32,755 bases of DNA from a virus (taxonomy: Duplodnaviria; Caudoviricetes): positions 1 through 32,755 of IMG/VR virus record IMGVR_UViG_3300017913_002045. One strand, 5' to 3'. The notes under the pieces were generated by a model. It worked only from the letters and a program-made list of their open reading frames with translations. It ran no database searches and had not been told where the DNA came from. Below, piece by piece: positions 8,072 through 18,186 of the stretch (the stretch's first letter is position 1; each line of letters starts with the position of its first letter). The position numbers and the translations under genes were made by a program.

Positions 8072-9877
8072 GTGGCTATCGTACAGATCAGTAGAATTCA
8101 AAACAGACGTGGTAGAGAGCTAACCGACACAGGCATTCCACAATTAGCAAGTGGTGAGATTGGTTGGGCTGTTGACACGCAAAAAATGTATATAGGTAAC
8201 GGTTCAGTTTCCGAAGGTGCACCAGCAGTTGGTAATACTGAAATTCTTACAGAAAACAGCAACCTTTTTGGATTAGCAGACAAATACACTTACAAGCCAA
8301 CTAGTAATCTTTGGGGAAGTTTATCACAACCAAAACTTTCATTGCAAAGCAAACTAGACCAAATGACAACTGCATTTGATTTTGGCGTAAAGGGCGATGG
8401 TGCTACAGATGACACCGCCGCTTTGCAAAATGCAATTGATAGTCTTTACCTACGTGGACTAGATGAAAACGATAGAGCAGCACTACACTTGCCAGCAGGT
8501 GACTACTTGATCAATGGTACAATTTATTTGCCGCCATTTGTTTCTTTGATTGGCGACGGTGTTGACAAAACTATCATACGCAGCAGCACCATCGACACAA
8601 ACCAAAATGTATTGTTTGCAACAGTGCCAGGTAGCGTTTCTCCAGGATCTTATAACTGGACCACTTCAGACCTTGTGGCAATCGACAGTCCAGGCGAAAA
8701 CCAAGCAAGACACATTTATATCAGTGACATGACAATCCAAATGAATAGATTAGCTGCATGTTTCAAACTTGACAATGTTTCAAGAAGTGTGTTTAGAAAT
8801 TTGCGTATGGAAGGTGCTTGGTTAGATAATATTGGCACTCGTAACGAAGATGCAAATCAAAGCTGGTTTGACTACTGGGCAGGACAAAGCGGAGTAGGCG
8901 AAGCAGGCAATCATGCTTTTGTTTTTGAAAATCAAAGATCTGCTGCCAATTGTAAAGAAAACATTTTTGAAAATATCCAGATAACAAAATTTTATGATGG
9001 CATTGTAGACGAAACACGTACCAACGTTAGCACAAGAAATAGATTTACAAACATTGATATGAGTTATATGATTAGAGGTATCAAGTTTGGCGATGTCAGT
9101 GATAACCAAGATGATGGACCTAGCCACAATATTATTGAGAACAGCACATTTGATAAAATATCACAAGAAGGTATTTTAGTCGATTACGGCGATTACAATA
9201 TCAGTAGAGGCAATAGATTTTACAGTGTTGGCAACGGCAATGATGGTGCTAGTTTTGGCGGACCTAGTGTGCCAGTAAACGAAGTAATCAAATTTACAAG
9301 CAACTACACAAACATCAGTACTGATGATTACTTTGAACGTACACAAGTGGTTGCTGGACAACGTACAGATACAGGACAAACAGACCAAGCAGTTGGTAGA
9401 AGTTATGTGCCTGAGGTAGGTGGTAAAACTGACACACGTTTGGGTTACAGACAACAACAAAGCATTGGTTATACATTAACTAATAGAGAAGATCCTCCAG
9501 GATCTAGCACATATGTTGTCACAGAAACAATTGACTTTTTGAAAATACCGTTGTATACTACTGATAGTACAATTGAAATAGATTATGTATATGTTGGTAA
9601 AAGAGAAAACGGAATCGATACTAATATCTTTATTAGGAAATCAGGTAAAATGACAATTGAAATTCATAAAGATGATGGTGCTGACGTTATCACGTTCTAT
9701 GACGATGGTAACTTCACAGGCGATAGCATTTATGATGCTTACCCTGAGTTTGGATCAAGAATAGACAACTTGGGCAACACTATCAGTGGTAATGATGCAG
9801 TCGTAATCACCTGTAAAAACCTTACACCAATTGAAGAAGATACATTTACATATAGCATTAGAGTAAAAAGTTCTTAG
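8072..9877 (+). CDS. Tail/baseplate-associated protein with pectate-lyase-like beta-helix
   Basis: N-terminal RRG..LASGEIGWAVDT..YIGNG attachment module; DFGVKGDGATDDTAALQNAID; Asn-rich helix repeats; late promoter 8042-8047. Confidence 0.75.
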   Translation: MAIVQISRIQNRRGRELTDTGIPQLASGEIGWAVDTQKMYIGNGSVSEGAPAVGNTEILTENSNLFGLADKYTYKPTSNLWGSLSQPKLSLQSKLDQMTTAFDFGVKGDGATDDTAALQNAIDSLYLRGLDENDRAALHLPAGDYLINGTIYLPPFVSLIGDGVDKTIIRSSTIDTNQNVLFATVPGSVSPGSYNWTTSDLVAIDSPGENQARHIYISDMTIQMNRLAACFKLDNVSRSVFRNLRMEGAWLDNIGTRNEDANQSWFDYWAGQSGVGEAGNHAFVFENQRSAANCKENIFENIQITKFYDGIVDETRTNVSTRNRFTNIDMSYMIRGIKFGDVSDNQDDGPSHNIIENSTFDKISQEGILVDYGDYNISRGNRFYSVGNGNDGASFGGPSVPVNEVIKFTSNYTNISTDDYFERTQVVAGQRTDTGQTDQAVGRSYVPEVGGKTDTRLGYRQQQSIGYTLTNREDPPGSSTYVVTETIDFLKIPLYTTDSTIEIDYVYVGKRENGIDTNIFIRKSGKMTIEIHKDDGADVITFYDDGNFTGDSIYDAYPEFGSRIDNLGNTISGNDAVVITCKNLTPIEEDTFTYSIRVKSS

Positions 9878-10303
9878 ATGTTTGACAAATCGGAAGGTGA
9901 ACGGCTTCGGCTGTGGCACGACTTTAGAAATACGCTGGAAACAGCTGATGATCCAATTCAAAACACAATTGAATTCTATGATAAGGCTCCTCTGGTGAGT
10001 ATTACAATTGATCCTTATGATCCTACTACTTGGATGGATCCATGGGAGTTGCTGAACTACAACATGTATTGTGATTTTGGAAAAATACTTGCAATTGGTT
10101 ACACTTTGTCTTTAACCGACCGCTTTTCTAGTGTGCCTAAGATGATACATATCAGTACAAATAAAAAGGTTGCAGAAACCAAATATTTACTGTATATTGG
10201 AGATGTTGTGGTTGGATACCATTACGATAAATGGATTAATCAAAATGATATTGATAGTGAATGGATTGCCGAAAGAGTGATCACGTTGCCGTCGTACCAA
10301 TAA
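9878..10303 (+). CDS. Hypothetical protein
   Basis: Abuts the previous stop; 141 aa. Confidence 0.65.
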   Translation: MFDKSEGERLRLWHDFRNTLETADDPIQNTIEFYDKAPLVSITIDPYDPTTWMDPWELLNYNMYCDFGKILAIGYTLSLTDRFSSVPKMIHISTNKKVAETKYLLYIGDVVVGYHYDKWINQNDIDSEWIAERVITLPSYQ

Positions 10304-10330
10304 ATAATAAATTAAAAAAAGGAAAAAAGA

Positions 10331-12643
10331 ATGATTCAAGTTACCAAGCGAGACGGACGCAAAGAGCCATTAGATATCGAAAAATTACACAAAGTTGTTT
10401 ATTATGCATGTGAAGATATTACTGGTGTTAGTCCGAGCGAGGTAGAAATCAAAAGTCAAATCCAATTCTTTAATGGAATGAAAACAAGTGAGATTCAAGA
10501 AACACTTATCAAAGCCGCAGCAGATCTAATCAGTGAAGACTATCCTAATTATCAATATGTAGGCGGTCGTCTTATCAATTATACACTGCGTAAAGAAGTT
10601 TACAACGGATACGAACCCTGCACAGTTAAAGAATTGGTAGAGCGTAACACAGACAAAGGTTTTTATGATCCTGAGTTAATTACATATTACAGTGACGAAG
10701 AGTGGGATAAAATCAACAGCTTTGTAAAACACGAGCGTGACGAGAACTTGACCTATGTTGCAATGGAACAGTTGCGTGGTAAGTACTTGTGTCAAAATAG
10801 AGTTACGGGCGAAATTTTTGAAACACCACAGATGTGCTATGTGCTGATTGCTGCAACACTGTTTCAAGGTTACCCAAAAGAAACTAGATTAAAATGGATA
10901 AAGGATTATTATGATGCAATTAGTCTCCACGATATTAGCTTGCCTACTCCTGTTATGGCTGGGGTTCGCACTCCACAGCGCCAATTCAGCTCGTGCGTAC
11001 TTATTGAAACCGGTGACAGTCTTGACAGTATTAATGCTACTAGCAGCAGTGTTGTTAAGTATGTAAGTCAAAAAGCAGGCATCGGTATTGGCGGTGGTAG
11101 TATACGTGCTATTGGTTCACCAATCCGCAAAGGCGATGCTTACCATACAGGTATTATTCCATTCTACAAAATGTTTCAAGCCGCTACAAAGAGTTGTTCA
11201 CAAGGCGGTGTGCGTGGCGGTGCCGCAACCATTTATTATCCAGTTTGGCACTTGGAAGTAGAAGAAATGTTGGTGTTGAAAAACAACAAAGGCACTGAAG
11301 AAAACCGTGTGCGTCATATGGACTATGGTGTACAGTTCAACAAGTTAATGTACGAACGTTTGATTTCTGGTGGTGATATTACACTGTTCTCTCCAAATGA
11401 TGTGCCAGGGTTGTATGAAGCATTTTACGCTGATCAAGACAAGTTCCGTGAACTATATGAAGCAGCAGAACGCAAAACCAGTATCCGCAAAAAAAGTATT
11501 CCAGCTATTCAGTTGTTCAGCACGTTTATGGAAGAGCGTAAAAACACTGGACGCATTTACTTGCAAAATGTTGATAACGCAAACGAACATGGCAGCTTCC
11601 TACCAGATGTAGCACCTATTAGACAGTCAAATTTGTGCGCTGAAATTGACTTGCCGACCAAGCCACTTAATGACTTGAATGATCCTGAAGGTGAAATCAG
11701 TCTATGTACATTGAGTGCTATCAACTGGGGCAACGTAAAGACACCAGCAGACTTTGAAAAGGCGTGCACACTGGCAGTCCGCGGACTGGATGCATTGTTA
11801 AGTTATCAAGGTTATCCAATCCTAGCTGCGGAACTTTCTACAAAGAAACGCCGTCCTATTGGCGTTGGTATTATTAACTTTGCATACTTCCTTGCCAAGC
11901 ATGACTTGAGCTACCAGCATATTGATGCAGATGGACTGGCATTGATTGACGAGTATGCCGAAGCATGGAGTTACTATCTTATCAAAGCTAGTGCAGATCT
12001 AGCGGCAGAGCAAGGTGCAATTCCAGGTGTAATGGAAACCAAATACGGACATGGTATCACACCCAACCAAACATATAAGAAAGATGTAGATGAATTGATT
12101 CCGCATGTTGAGCGTATGGATTGGGATGCGCTGAGAGCACAGTTGCAAGATACAGGCATTCGCAACAGCACACTGATGGCACTGATGCCAAGTGAAACCA
12201 GTGCACAGATTGCAAATGCTACAAATGGCATTGAGCCTCCACGTAGTCTTATCAGTGTAAAACAATCAAAGCATGGTGTGTTGAAACAGGTCGTGCCAGA
12301 ATACAAAAAGCTAAAAAACAAATACGATTTGTTATGGGATCAGCAGAGCCCAGAAGGCTACTTGAAAATCATGAGTGTGTTACAAAAGTATATTGATCAA
12401 GGTATCAGTGTAAACACCAGTTACAATCCAGCATTCTTTGAAGATGAAAAGATTCCAATGAGTGTGATGCTGCAACACATGATCATGTTTTATAAATACG
12501 GTGGCAAGCAGATGTATTACTTTAATACTCATGACGGACAAGGCGAACTTGATGTGAGTAAGATGGTGCAAGAACAAGAGCAACCACAACTAAATGGTGC
12601 TGACTTTGCTGACGACGAGGCTTGTGAAAGTTGTGTAATCTAA
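10331..12643 (+). CDS. nrdA: Ribonucleotide reductase class Ia alpha subunit with ATP cone
   Basis: VTKRDG ATP cone, QFSSCVL, QSNLCAEI, LMPSETS, YYFN, C-terminal CESC. Confidence 0.97.
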   Translation: MIQVTKRDGRKEPLDIEKLHKVVYYACEDITGVSPSEVEIKSQIQFFNGMKTSEIQETLIKAAADLISEDYPNYQYVGGRLINYTLRKEVYNGYEPCTVKELVERNTDKGFYDPELITYYSDEEWDKINSFVKHERDENLTYVAMEQLRGKYLCQNRVTGEIFETPQMCYVLIAATLFQGYPKETRLKWIKDYYDAISLHDISLPTPVMAGVRTPQRQFSSCVLIETGDSLDSINATSSSVVKYVSQKAGIGIGGGSIRAIGSPIRKGDAYHTGIIPFYKMFQAATKSCSQGGVRGGAATIYYPVWHLEVEEMLVLKNNKGTEENRVRHMDYGVQFNKLMYERLISGGDITLFSPNDVPGLYEAFYADQDKFRELYEAAERKTSIRKKSIPAIQLFSTFMEERKNTGRIYLQNVDNANEHGSFLPDVAPIRQSNLCAEIDLPTKPLNDLNDPEGEISLCTLSAINWGNVKTPADFEKACTLAVRGLDALLSYQGYPILAAELSTKKRRPIGVGIINFAYFLAKHDLSYQHIDADGLALIDEYAEAWSYYLIKASADLAAEQGAIPGVMETKYGHGITPNQTYKKDVDELIPHVERMDWDALRAQLQDTGIRNSTLMALMPSETSAQIANATNGIEPPRSLISVKQSKHGVLKQVVPEYKKLKNKYDLLWDQQSPEGYLKIMSVLQKYIDQGISVNTSYNPAFFEDEKIPMSVMLQHMIMFYKYGGKQMYYFNTHDGQGELDVSKMVQEQEQPQLNGADFADDEACESCVI

Positions 12644-12672
12644 TTGACATGCTTGGGCAAGCGTGTTAAAAT
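12644..12672 (+). promoter_or_regulatory. Sigma70-type promoter within an inverted repeat
   Basis: TTGACA-N17-TAAAAT; TTGACATGCTTG/CAAGCGTGTTAA are complementary with G-U pairs. Confidence 0.6.
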
Positions 12673-12693
12673 CAATAAAAAAAGGACAGACAT

Positions 12694-13824
12694 ATGAGCG
12701 TTTTTGATACTAAGAATCGTGCCGACCACACACAGGTGTTGGCATTCCTTGACCCAACTGGTGGTCCGACTATTCAGCGTTATGATACATTGAAGTACAA
12801 AACATTTGATAGTTTAACTGATAAACAATTGGGTTTCTTCTGGCGCCCAGAAGAAGTAGATATTTACAAAGATGCAAAAGACTTTAAAGGTTTGACTGAT
12901 CACGAGCAGCATATCTTTACTTCAAACTTGAAGCGTCAGATTTTGCTTGATTCTGTTCAAGGTCGTGCACCTGTTGAAGCGTTTGGTCCTGTTGTGAGTT
13001 TGCCTGAGTTGGAAAACTGGATTCAAACTTGGACGTTCAGTGAAACAATTCACAGTCGTAGTTACACACATATTATTCGCAATGTTTACAGCAATCCTAG
13101 CCTTATCTTTGATGAAATGCTAGACATTGAAGAGATTGTAGATTGTGCAGGAGATATTTCAAAGTACTATGACGAGCTGATCGAAATGTCAGGTTATTAT
13201 AATCTGCTTGGCGAAGGCACACATACAATCAATGGCAAAAAAGTAACAGTTGATTTGTATGAGCTGAAGAAGCGTATTTGGCTTACATTGATGAGTGTAA
13301 ATATTTTAGAAGGCGTGCGTTTTTATGTGAGCTTCGCATGTAGTTGGGCATTTGCAGAACTAAAGAAAATGGAAGGCAATGCCAAAATTATCAAGCTAAT
13401 TGCTCGCGATGAAAATTTACATTTAGCAAGTACACAGATGTTGCTCAAGTTGCTGAAAAAAGACGATCCTGATTATGCAAAGATTGCTGAAGAAACAGAA
13501 CAAGATTGTATCCAAATGTTTGTTGATGCTGTGGATCAAGAAAAAGCATGGGCAGAATACCTGTTCAAAGATGGTAGTATGATTGGATTGAATTCACAGC
13601 TACTAGGCGAATATGTTGAATATATTGCAGCCAAGCGTATGCAAAATGTTGACTTAAAAGGTCCATATACAAATACACGCAACAATCCATTGCCATGGAC
13701 ACAAAAATGGATTTCAGGTGCCGAAGTTCAAGTAGCGCCACAAGAAACAGAAATTACAAGCTATGTATCAGGTGGTACAAAGCAAGATGTAAGCACAGAC
13801 ACATTCAAAGGATTTAGCTTATGA
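12694..13824 (+). CDS. nrdB: Ribonucleotide reductase class Ia beta subunit
   Basis: [42 protein letters not shown]. Confidence 0.97.
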   Translation: MSVFDTKNRADHTQVLAFLDPTGGPTIQRYDTLKYKTFDSLTDKQLGFFWRPEEVDIYKDAKDFKGLTDHEQHIFTSNLKRQILLDSVQGRAPVEAFGPVVSLPELENWIQTWTFSETIHSRSYTHIIRNVYSNPSLIFDEMLDIEEIVDCAGDISKYYDELIEMSGYYNLLGEGTHTINGKKVTVDLYELKKRIWLTLMSVNILEGVRFYVSFACSWAFAELKKMEGNAKIIKLIARDENLHLASTQMLLKLLKKDDPDYAKIAEETEQDCIQMFVDAVDQEKAWAEYLFKDGSMIGLNSQLLGEYVEYIAAKRMQNVDLKGPYTNTRNNPLPWTQKWISGAEVQVAPQETEITSYVSGGTKQDVSTDTFKGFSL

Positions 13825-14072
13825 TTCAGATTTGGGGTAAACCAGCATGTCCTAGTTGCGAAAAAGCAAAGCGCACGTTGGACAATATGAATATCGATTA
13901 TGAATATAGACAACTTGGTGTCGACTTTGATCGAGATGAAATCTTAGAACACTTTCCAGGCGCTCGCACTTTTCCTCAGATCGTTATCAATGGGGAAAAG
14001 GTAGGCGGCTATGAAAAGATGGTGGATTACATTGAAAACACTGGATATACAGGAACTGGCCATACATTATAA
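13821..14072 (+). CDS. Glutaredoxin
   Basis: CPSC, TFPQI, GGY; directly after nrdB. Confidence 0.9.
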   Translation: MIQIWGKPACPSCEKAKRTLDNMNIDYEYRQLGVDFDRDEILEHFPGARTFPQIVINGEKVGGYEKMVDYIENTGYTGTGHTL

Positions 14073-14152
14073 TGAGAAAACCACGGAAGCGTAAAGGTAT
14101 CACAAAACCTGCTAAAAAAGCAACCAAGTTAGGTAAGAAACGTAAAAAATAA
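14072..14152 (+). CDS. 26-aa ultra-basic peptide [26 protein letters not shown]
   Basis: TAATG overlaps at both ends, filling the gap exactly. Confidence 0.6.
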   Translation: MRKPRKRKGITKPAKKATKLGKKRKK

Positions 14153-14820
14153 TGGCTTACATCCTGAGCAATCATTTGGATGGTGTGCTTTTTTTCTTTC
14201 ACAAATGTGGACACACAAATGTTCGTGAAGCAAAAACACACCAAACCATAATCGATTCTTATTACTACACAGGTGTAGGAAAAACACAGCCTGCTTATAA
14301 AAACTATGAAGAACTTTTTCCGTTACGTGTTGGAAAAGAACCGCAATACATACTAGTGCGTAATCCAATGGCTAGATTTTACAGTGGATTTTATCATTAC
14401 TATAGACAGTGGCATGAAAACTATGACGGGTTGCAAACATGGATAACCAACACCGTAGGCAAAATTGACGATTACGATTTGAAAACTCATGTATACTTGC
14501 ATAAAATTGTAAGCAAACAAATGAGACAAGAAGATGTACCTGATCATGAAAAGACAGTGACATTTTATTTGCATTGCGTACACAATATGCTAGACGATTA
14601 CTTGCCTGGCATGACTGTAATTAAATTAGAAGATCAAGATGCAAATACACAATGGGCAAGTCATCCGTTGTCAAATGCAATGCGTGGCAAGCACGAAAAC
14701 GAAAAGCACAGCTACAATGTAGAGTATCCACAAGAGATACTGCAAGGTGCTGATAAAGAGTATATACACAATACATATGCAAAAGCATGTAATAAATTTG
14801 GATACAGATATGATTATTGA
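14152..14820 (+). CDS. Sulfotransferase family 2-like protein
   Basis: HKCGHTNV (5'-PSB-like) and VRNPMARFYS (3'-PB-like). Confidence 0.6.
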   Translation: MAYILSNHLDGVLFFFHKCGHTNVREAKTHQTIIDSYYYTGVGKTQPAYKNYEELFPLRVGKEPQYILVRNPMARFYSGFYHYYRQWHENYDGLQTWITNTVGKIDDYDLKTHVYLHKIVSKQMRQEDVPDHEKTVTFYLHCVHNMLDDYLPGMTVIKLEDQDANTQWASHPLSNAMRGKHENEKHSYNVEYPQEILQGADKEYIHNTYAKACNKFGYRYDY

Positions 14821-15097
14821 AACACCATACAAAACAAACGATACAATCACAATTAAAACATCAGCAGGCGAAGAAGTTGTTGCACGTTGTGTAGATGACA
14901 AAGAGGGATATGTTACCATTACCAAACCTCTAGCTGTAATGGCGACACAACAAGGCGCTGGACTAGGTCCATGGTGCTTCACAGCAGATCCTAATGCAAA
15001 TCTTACGCTAAACAAGCAGTGTATCATGTTCATAAATAAAACTGAGTCCCAGATGGCTAGTCAATATGTACAAGCCACAACAGGACTTGCAATTTAG
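14810..15097 (+). CDS. Hypothetical protein, possible Sm-like fold
   Basis: TIKTSAGEEVVAR...ITKP beta-rich pattern; start reassigned to ATG 14810. Confidence 0.5.
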   Translation: MIIETPYKTNDTITIKTSAGEEVVARCVDDKEGYVTITKPLAVMATQQGAGLGPWCFTADPNANLTLNKQCIMFINKTESQMASQYVQATTGLAI

Positions 15098-15105
15098 GAG
15101 TTCTT

Positions 15106-15405
15106 ATGCCATTAGCAGCAAGAGAAGATGACGCAGTTGCAACAGGACATGCATGTGATACAACCACAAATTTAGCAACACCTGGACAGACCACTGTTTA
15201 TATAGAACAAAAACTTGCTGCAAGATTAGGCGACAACACAGATCCACATGAAGAACTTGTGGGAGATACTTGTGTTACGCACACTGAAAGTATAAATGGA
15301 TCTAGCAGCACAGTTTATATCAGTGGTGTATTGGCAGCTCGTTTAGGTGACGGATGCGATGCAGGTACTATCACTGGTAGTGCTTCTGATGTTTATATTG
15401 GTTGA
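15106..15405 (+). CDS. PAAR-repeat spike tip protein (gp5.4-like)
   Basis: LAAREDD, LAARLGD twice, GSSSTVYI, GSASDVYIG. Confidence 0.9.
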   Translation: MPLAAREDDAVATGHACDTTTNLATPGQTTVYIEQKLAARLGDNTDPHEELVGDTCVTHTESINGSSSTVYISGVLAARLGDGCDAGTITGSASDVYIG

Positions 15406-15430
15406 CAAACCTTAAAATTTAAGTTAATAT
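15402..15430 (+). promoter_or_regulatory. Sigma70-type promoter
   Basis: TTGACA-N17-TAATAT. Confidence 0.55.
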
Positions 15431-15457
15431 ACAACATAGGCAATAAGAGAGGCAACT

Positions 15458-16048
15458 ATGAATAAGATTATTTTGACTGATGTAGATGGCGTACTATTAA
15501 ATTGGGAATGGGCATTTACAACTTGGATGGAACAACATGGTTACACGCAAGTAGAAAACGGTAACCAATACTACAATGTGTATGAACGCTTCGGCATCTC
15601 AGAAGCAGAGGGCAAAGCTCAAGTAAAGATTTTCAATGAAAGTGCAGCAATTGGTTTCTTGCCAGCATTGCGAGACAGCATGTATTATGTCAAGCGGTTG
15701 CATGAAGAACATGGTTATGTGTTCCGTGCTATTACCAGTTTGAGTTTGGATCCTAGTGCATACAAGTTGCGCAAAATGAACTTGGAAAAACTGTTTGGTA
15801 AGACAGTGTTTGACGATTTGCTATGCTTGGATACAGGTGCAGACAAAGATGAAGCACTGGATCCATACAGTGACACAGGACTGTTTTGGATTGAAGACAA
15901 AATGGAAAATGCTATTGCTGGCTTGGAAGTAGGACTAAATCCTATACTAATCGAACATGGCTACAACATGCACTACAGTGTTCCTGTTGGTATGAAGAAA
16001 TGCCTTAACTGGAAAGAAATTTACGAACACATTCTTGCTAATGGATGA
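15458..16048 (+). CDS. HAD-superfamily hydrolase (5'-nucleotidase-like)
   Basis: DVDGVL motif I, ITS motif II, K, WIEDK motif IV. Confidence 0.8.
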   Translation: MNKIILTDVDGVLLNWEWAFTTWMEQHGYTQVENGNQYYNVYERFGISEAEGKAQVKIFNESAAIGFLPALRDSMYYVKRLHEEHGYVFRAITSLSLDPSAYKLRKMNLEKLFGKTVFDDLLCLDTGADKDEALDPYSDTGLFWIEDKMENAIAGLEVGLNPILIEHGYNMHYSVPVGMKKCLNWKEIYEHILANG

Positions 16049-16223
16049 TGACAATATTCACGAACAACTGAAAATTGCTTTTTCAGTTTATCTAAAAGAA
16101 AATGAAAAATTTGAGTCTGGAGTAAAGGCTAGTGCGGTTAGAGCCCGACAAGCTCTGCATGATGTGAAACAATTGATTGTGGAGCGCCGTAAAGAAATCC
16201 AAGACAAGAAACAAGAAATGTAA
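16041..16223 (+). CDS. Hc1-like (histone H1-like family) small helical protein
   Basis: KFESGVKASAVRARQAL...RRKEIQ resembles the GNKAAGTRARK motif. Confidence 0.55.
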   Translation: MDDDNIHEQLKIAFSVYLKENEKFESGVKASAVRARQALHDVKQLIVERRKEIQDKKQEM

Positions 16224-16245
16224 TAAATACTTAGAGGAAAACAAA

Positions 16246-16527
16246 ATGAATACCACTAAAGATTTAACAAATTATATTTTTGCAACATATAATCTAGAGC
16301 CTAAAGTAAACAAGAAGAATTATGTAGAATATGATCGTATCAGTTTTCAACGAAATGCAGGAAGCATTTTAGAGCAGAACAACGATAGAGATGATATGTG
16401 GACGGTTACACGTAACGGACACAGTGTTGATTACTTTAGGACTGATGAATTAGAACGTGAGCTTGCTCCTGGTGGCAACTTGCTATATTTTGTATTCCCA
16501 ATTGAAAGAGCTATGGATGGAATCTAA
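16246..16527 (+). CDS. Hypothetical protein
   Basis: TAAATA 16224-16229 and GAGG SD before ATG 16246. Confidence 0.65.
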   Translation: MNTTKDLTNYIFATYNLEPKVNKKNYVEYDRISFQRNAGSILEQNNDRDDMWTVTRNGHSVDYFRTDELERELAPGGNLLYFVFPIERAMDGI

Positions 16528-16831
16528 AGAGTACCTACTATCAATATCACGTAAAGTACAAGCCTATTATGACACAAAAGAAGCAGTCGTAAAATACATC
16601 AAGCGAAACATCATCACAGATTTAAATCTACAAACCAACTTAATGGTTATGGGTGCGGTGTGGACTGCGAGCAGAATAGATGACGATCTCACCGAAGATA
16701 TGTTGTTGAGTATTTTTGGCTTAGAAGCCAAAAATGAAGATCCGTTGCCGTTTAAGTTTTTACAACTTGATGACGGAGCAAAACATCTGACACTTAAAGA
16801 ATTGCTTGATACGACTATAGAAAATTTTTAA
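16517..16831 (+). CDS. Hypothetical protein
   Basis: Short overlap with the previous ORF. Confidence 0.6.
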   Translation: MESKEYLLSISRKVQAYYDTKEAVVKYIKRNIITDLNLQTNLMVMGAVWTASRIDDDLTEDMLLSIFGLEAKNEDPLPFKFLQLDDGAKHLTLKELLDTTIENF

Positions 16832-16868
16832 TGTTAGCGCTCTAATGTAACAGTAGTGTAAATACGTT

Positions 16869-17087
16869 ATGACAAAAGAGCAATACAAATTTGCCAATGA
16901 ACTGCATTATGCAGTGAAGGGTCACCTTATTAATCCAAACTACAGTGACGAAGAAGTCATGGCAATTCATGACTCATACTTGAAACGCTTGTGGGGCAAC
17001 CATGAGCGTTTGGTCTATTGTAGCGAACATTTTGAAAAAGCATGGAGAGACAGACAAAATGGTATCACGGAAGATGCAAGAACTTAG
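16869..17087 (+). CDS. Hypothetical protein
   Basis: TAAATA 16859-16864 directly upstream. Confidence 0.6.
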   Translation: MTKEQYKFANELHYAVKGHLINPNYSDEEVMAIHDSYLKRLWGNHERLVYCSEHFEKAWRDRQNGITEDART

Positions 17088-17277
17088 CCAAGACGATTTG
17101 GCATATCTCGAAAAACTATTAGGCGAGCAATTTGCTCAAGAACTTGAAAGAGATAAAACTTGGGAACAAAAGAACAAATACGATCGCCCAGGTGAAAAGA
17201 AAAGTCGCATCATTCGTTTAATTAATGCTATTAGGTCTCAGAAACAAATGACTGCTACTGCATCACAAAAGTGGTAA
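17059..17277 (+). CDS. Hypothetical protein
   Basis: GGAG SD upstream of ATG 17059. Confidence 0.55.
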   Translation: MVSRKMQELSQDDLAYLEKLLGEQFAQELERDKTWEQKNKYDRPGEKKSRIIRLINAIRSQKQMTATASQKW

Positions 17278-18144
17278 CTAAAACTTTACTTTCTTTTTTG
17301 GCATAGGAAAGATTGGATGTCTGTCGTCGCAGCCTGGGCATAGTGTGCACTGTGGCAATGCATTGTTAAGACTTTTGAAAAATCTTTTTAGTTCCTTGTT
17401 TGATGCAAAAGGATCTCCTGCACGATATTGTTTGAGTAAATCGACAGCTCTTGGTTCAATACTGAATTGCAAAAACAAATCATCTTGTAATGCAGTTAAA
17501 TGGCATTGGTAGAGATAGCCTTTGTGAAAGAAGTTGCATGGAGTATCATTTTCTAAACAGGTTTGCCAGGCGTCTTCTGGCTTGCTATGGTGCATGTACC
17601 ATGTTTTTTCTTTTATGTAATCGATTGCACTTTTCTTAAAATAGTAGGTGCATTCAACAAGCGCCAACTGTTGATCGCTGCCGTATTCGTAGTACCTAAC
17701 TTCTCCGTGCTCGTCTTTGGTTGTGTAATATTGTTTGTAGTCTAACACTGTATGAAGTTGTTCTATTATATCATCTTTCATTTCAGGATCGTGCACTGTG
17801 ATATTCAAATAATATCCTTGATTCAATATTTTTCTAGCAGTGTCTATTTTGTTTTTAAGTAGAGTGCCGTTGGTTGCAATATAATATTCATCAGCATTTG
17901 GCCACAATCGCTTTACATTACTAGTCCAGTTTAGGATATAAGGATTGGTAAATGGCTCTCCACCGTGAATCGTGACAATTTCTATATCTAATATTTCACT
18001 CCAACGTGTATAAAGATGTTCATAGTCCGCAAATTTCATATGACCTTTGAAATTGTAGTTGTTGAAACTTTCACAGCCGTCACAGGTCAAATTGCAAACT
18101 TTTGTAATGTTAAAAGAAGCATCTTCAATTAAGAACTTTTTCAT
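17278..18144 (-). CDS. Radical SAM protein with Cys-containing C-terminal (SPASM/twitch-like) region
   Basis: CNLTCDGC, HGGEPF, ATNGTLL, C-terminal CTLC; ATG 6 nt after a minus-strand TAAATA (18155-18150). Confidence 0.85.
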   Translation of the reverse strand: MKKFLIEDASFNITKVCNLTCDGCESFNNYNFKGHMKFADYEHLYTRWSEILDIEIVTIHGGEPFTNPYILNWTSNVKRLWPNADEYYIATNGTLLKNKIDTARKILNQGYYLNITVHDPEMKDDIIEQLHTVLDYKQYYTTKDEHGEVRYYEYGSDQQLALVECTYYFKKSAIDYIKEKTWYMHHSKPEDAWQTCLENDTPCNFFHKGYLYQCHLTALQDDLFLQFSIEPRAVDLLKQYRAGDPFASNKELKRFFKSLNNALPQCTLCPGCDDRHPIFPMPKKKVKF

Positions 18145-18155
18145 GCAGATATTTA

Positions 18156-18185
18156 TTGACAAATGAATTAACTGTGTTATAAATA
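18156..18185 (+). promoter_or_regulatory. tmRNA promoter (sigma70-like plus perfect TATAAATA), back-to-back with the radical SAM promoter
   Basis: TTGACA 18156-18161; TATAAATA 18178-18185. Confidence 0.6.
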
Positions 18186-18186
18186 G

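Noticed and set aside
10331-13824. Introns or inteins in nrdA/nrdB
   Set aside because: Both ORFs are continuous and of normal length
15106-15405. Type VI secretion system
   Set aside because: PAAR gene is isolated; in myophages it is the tail spike tip
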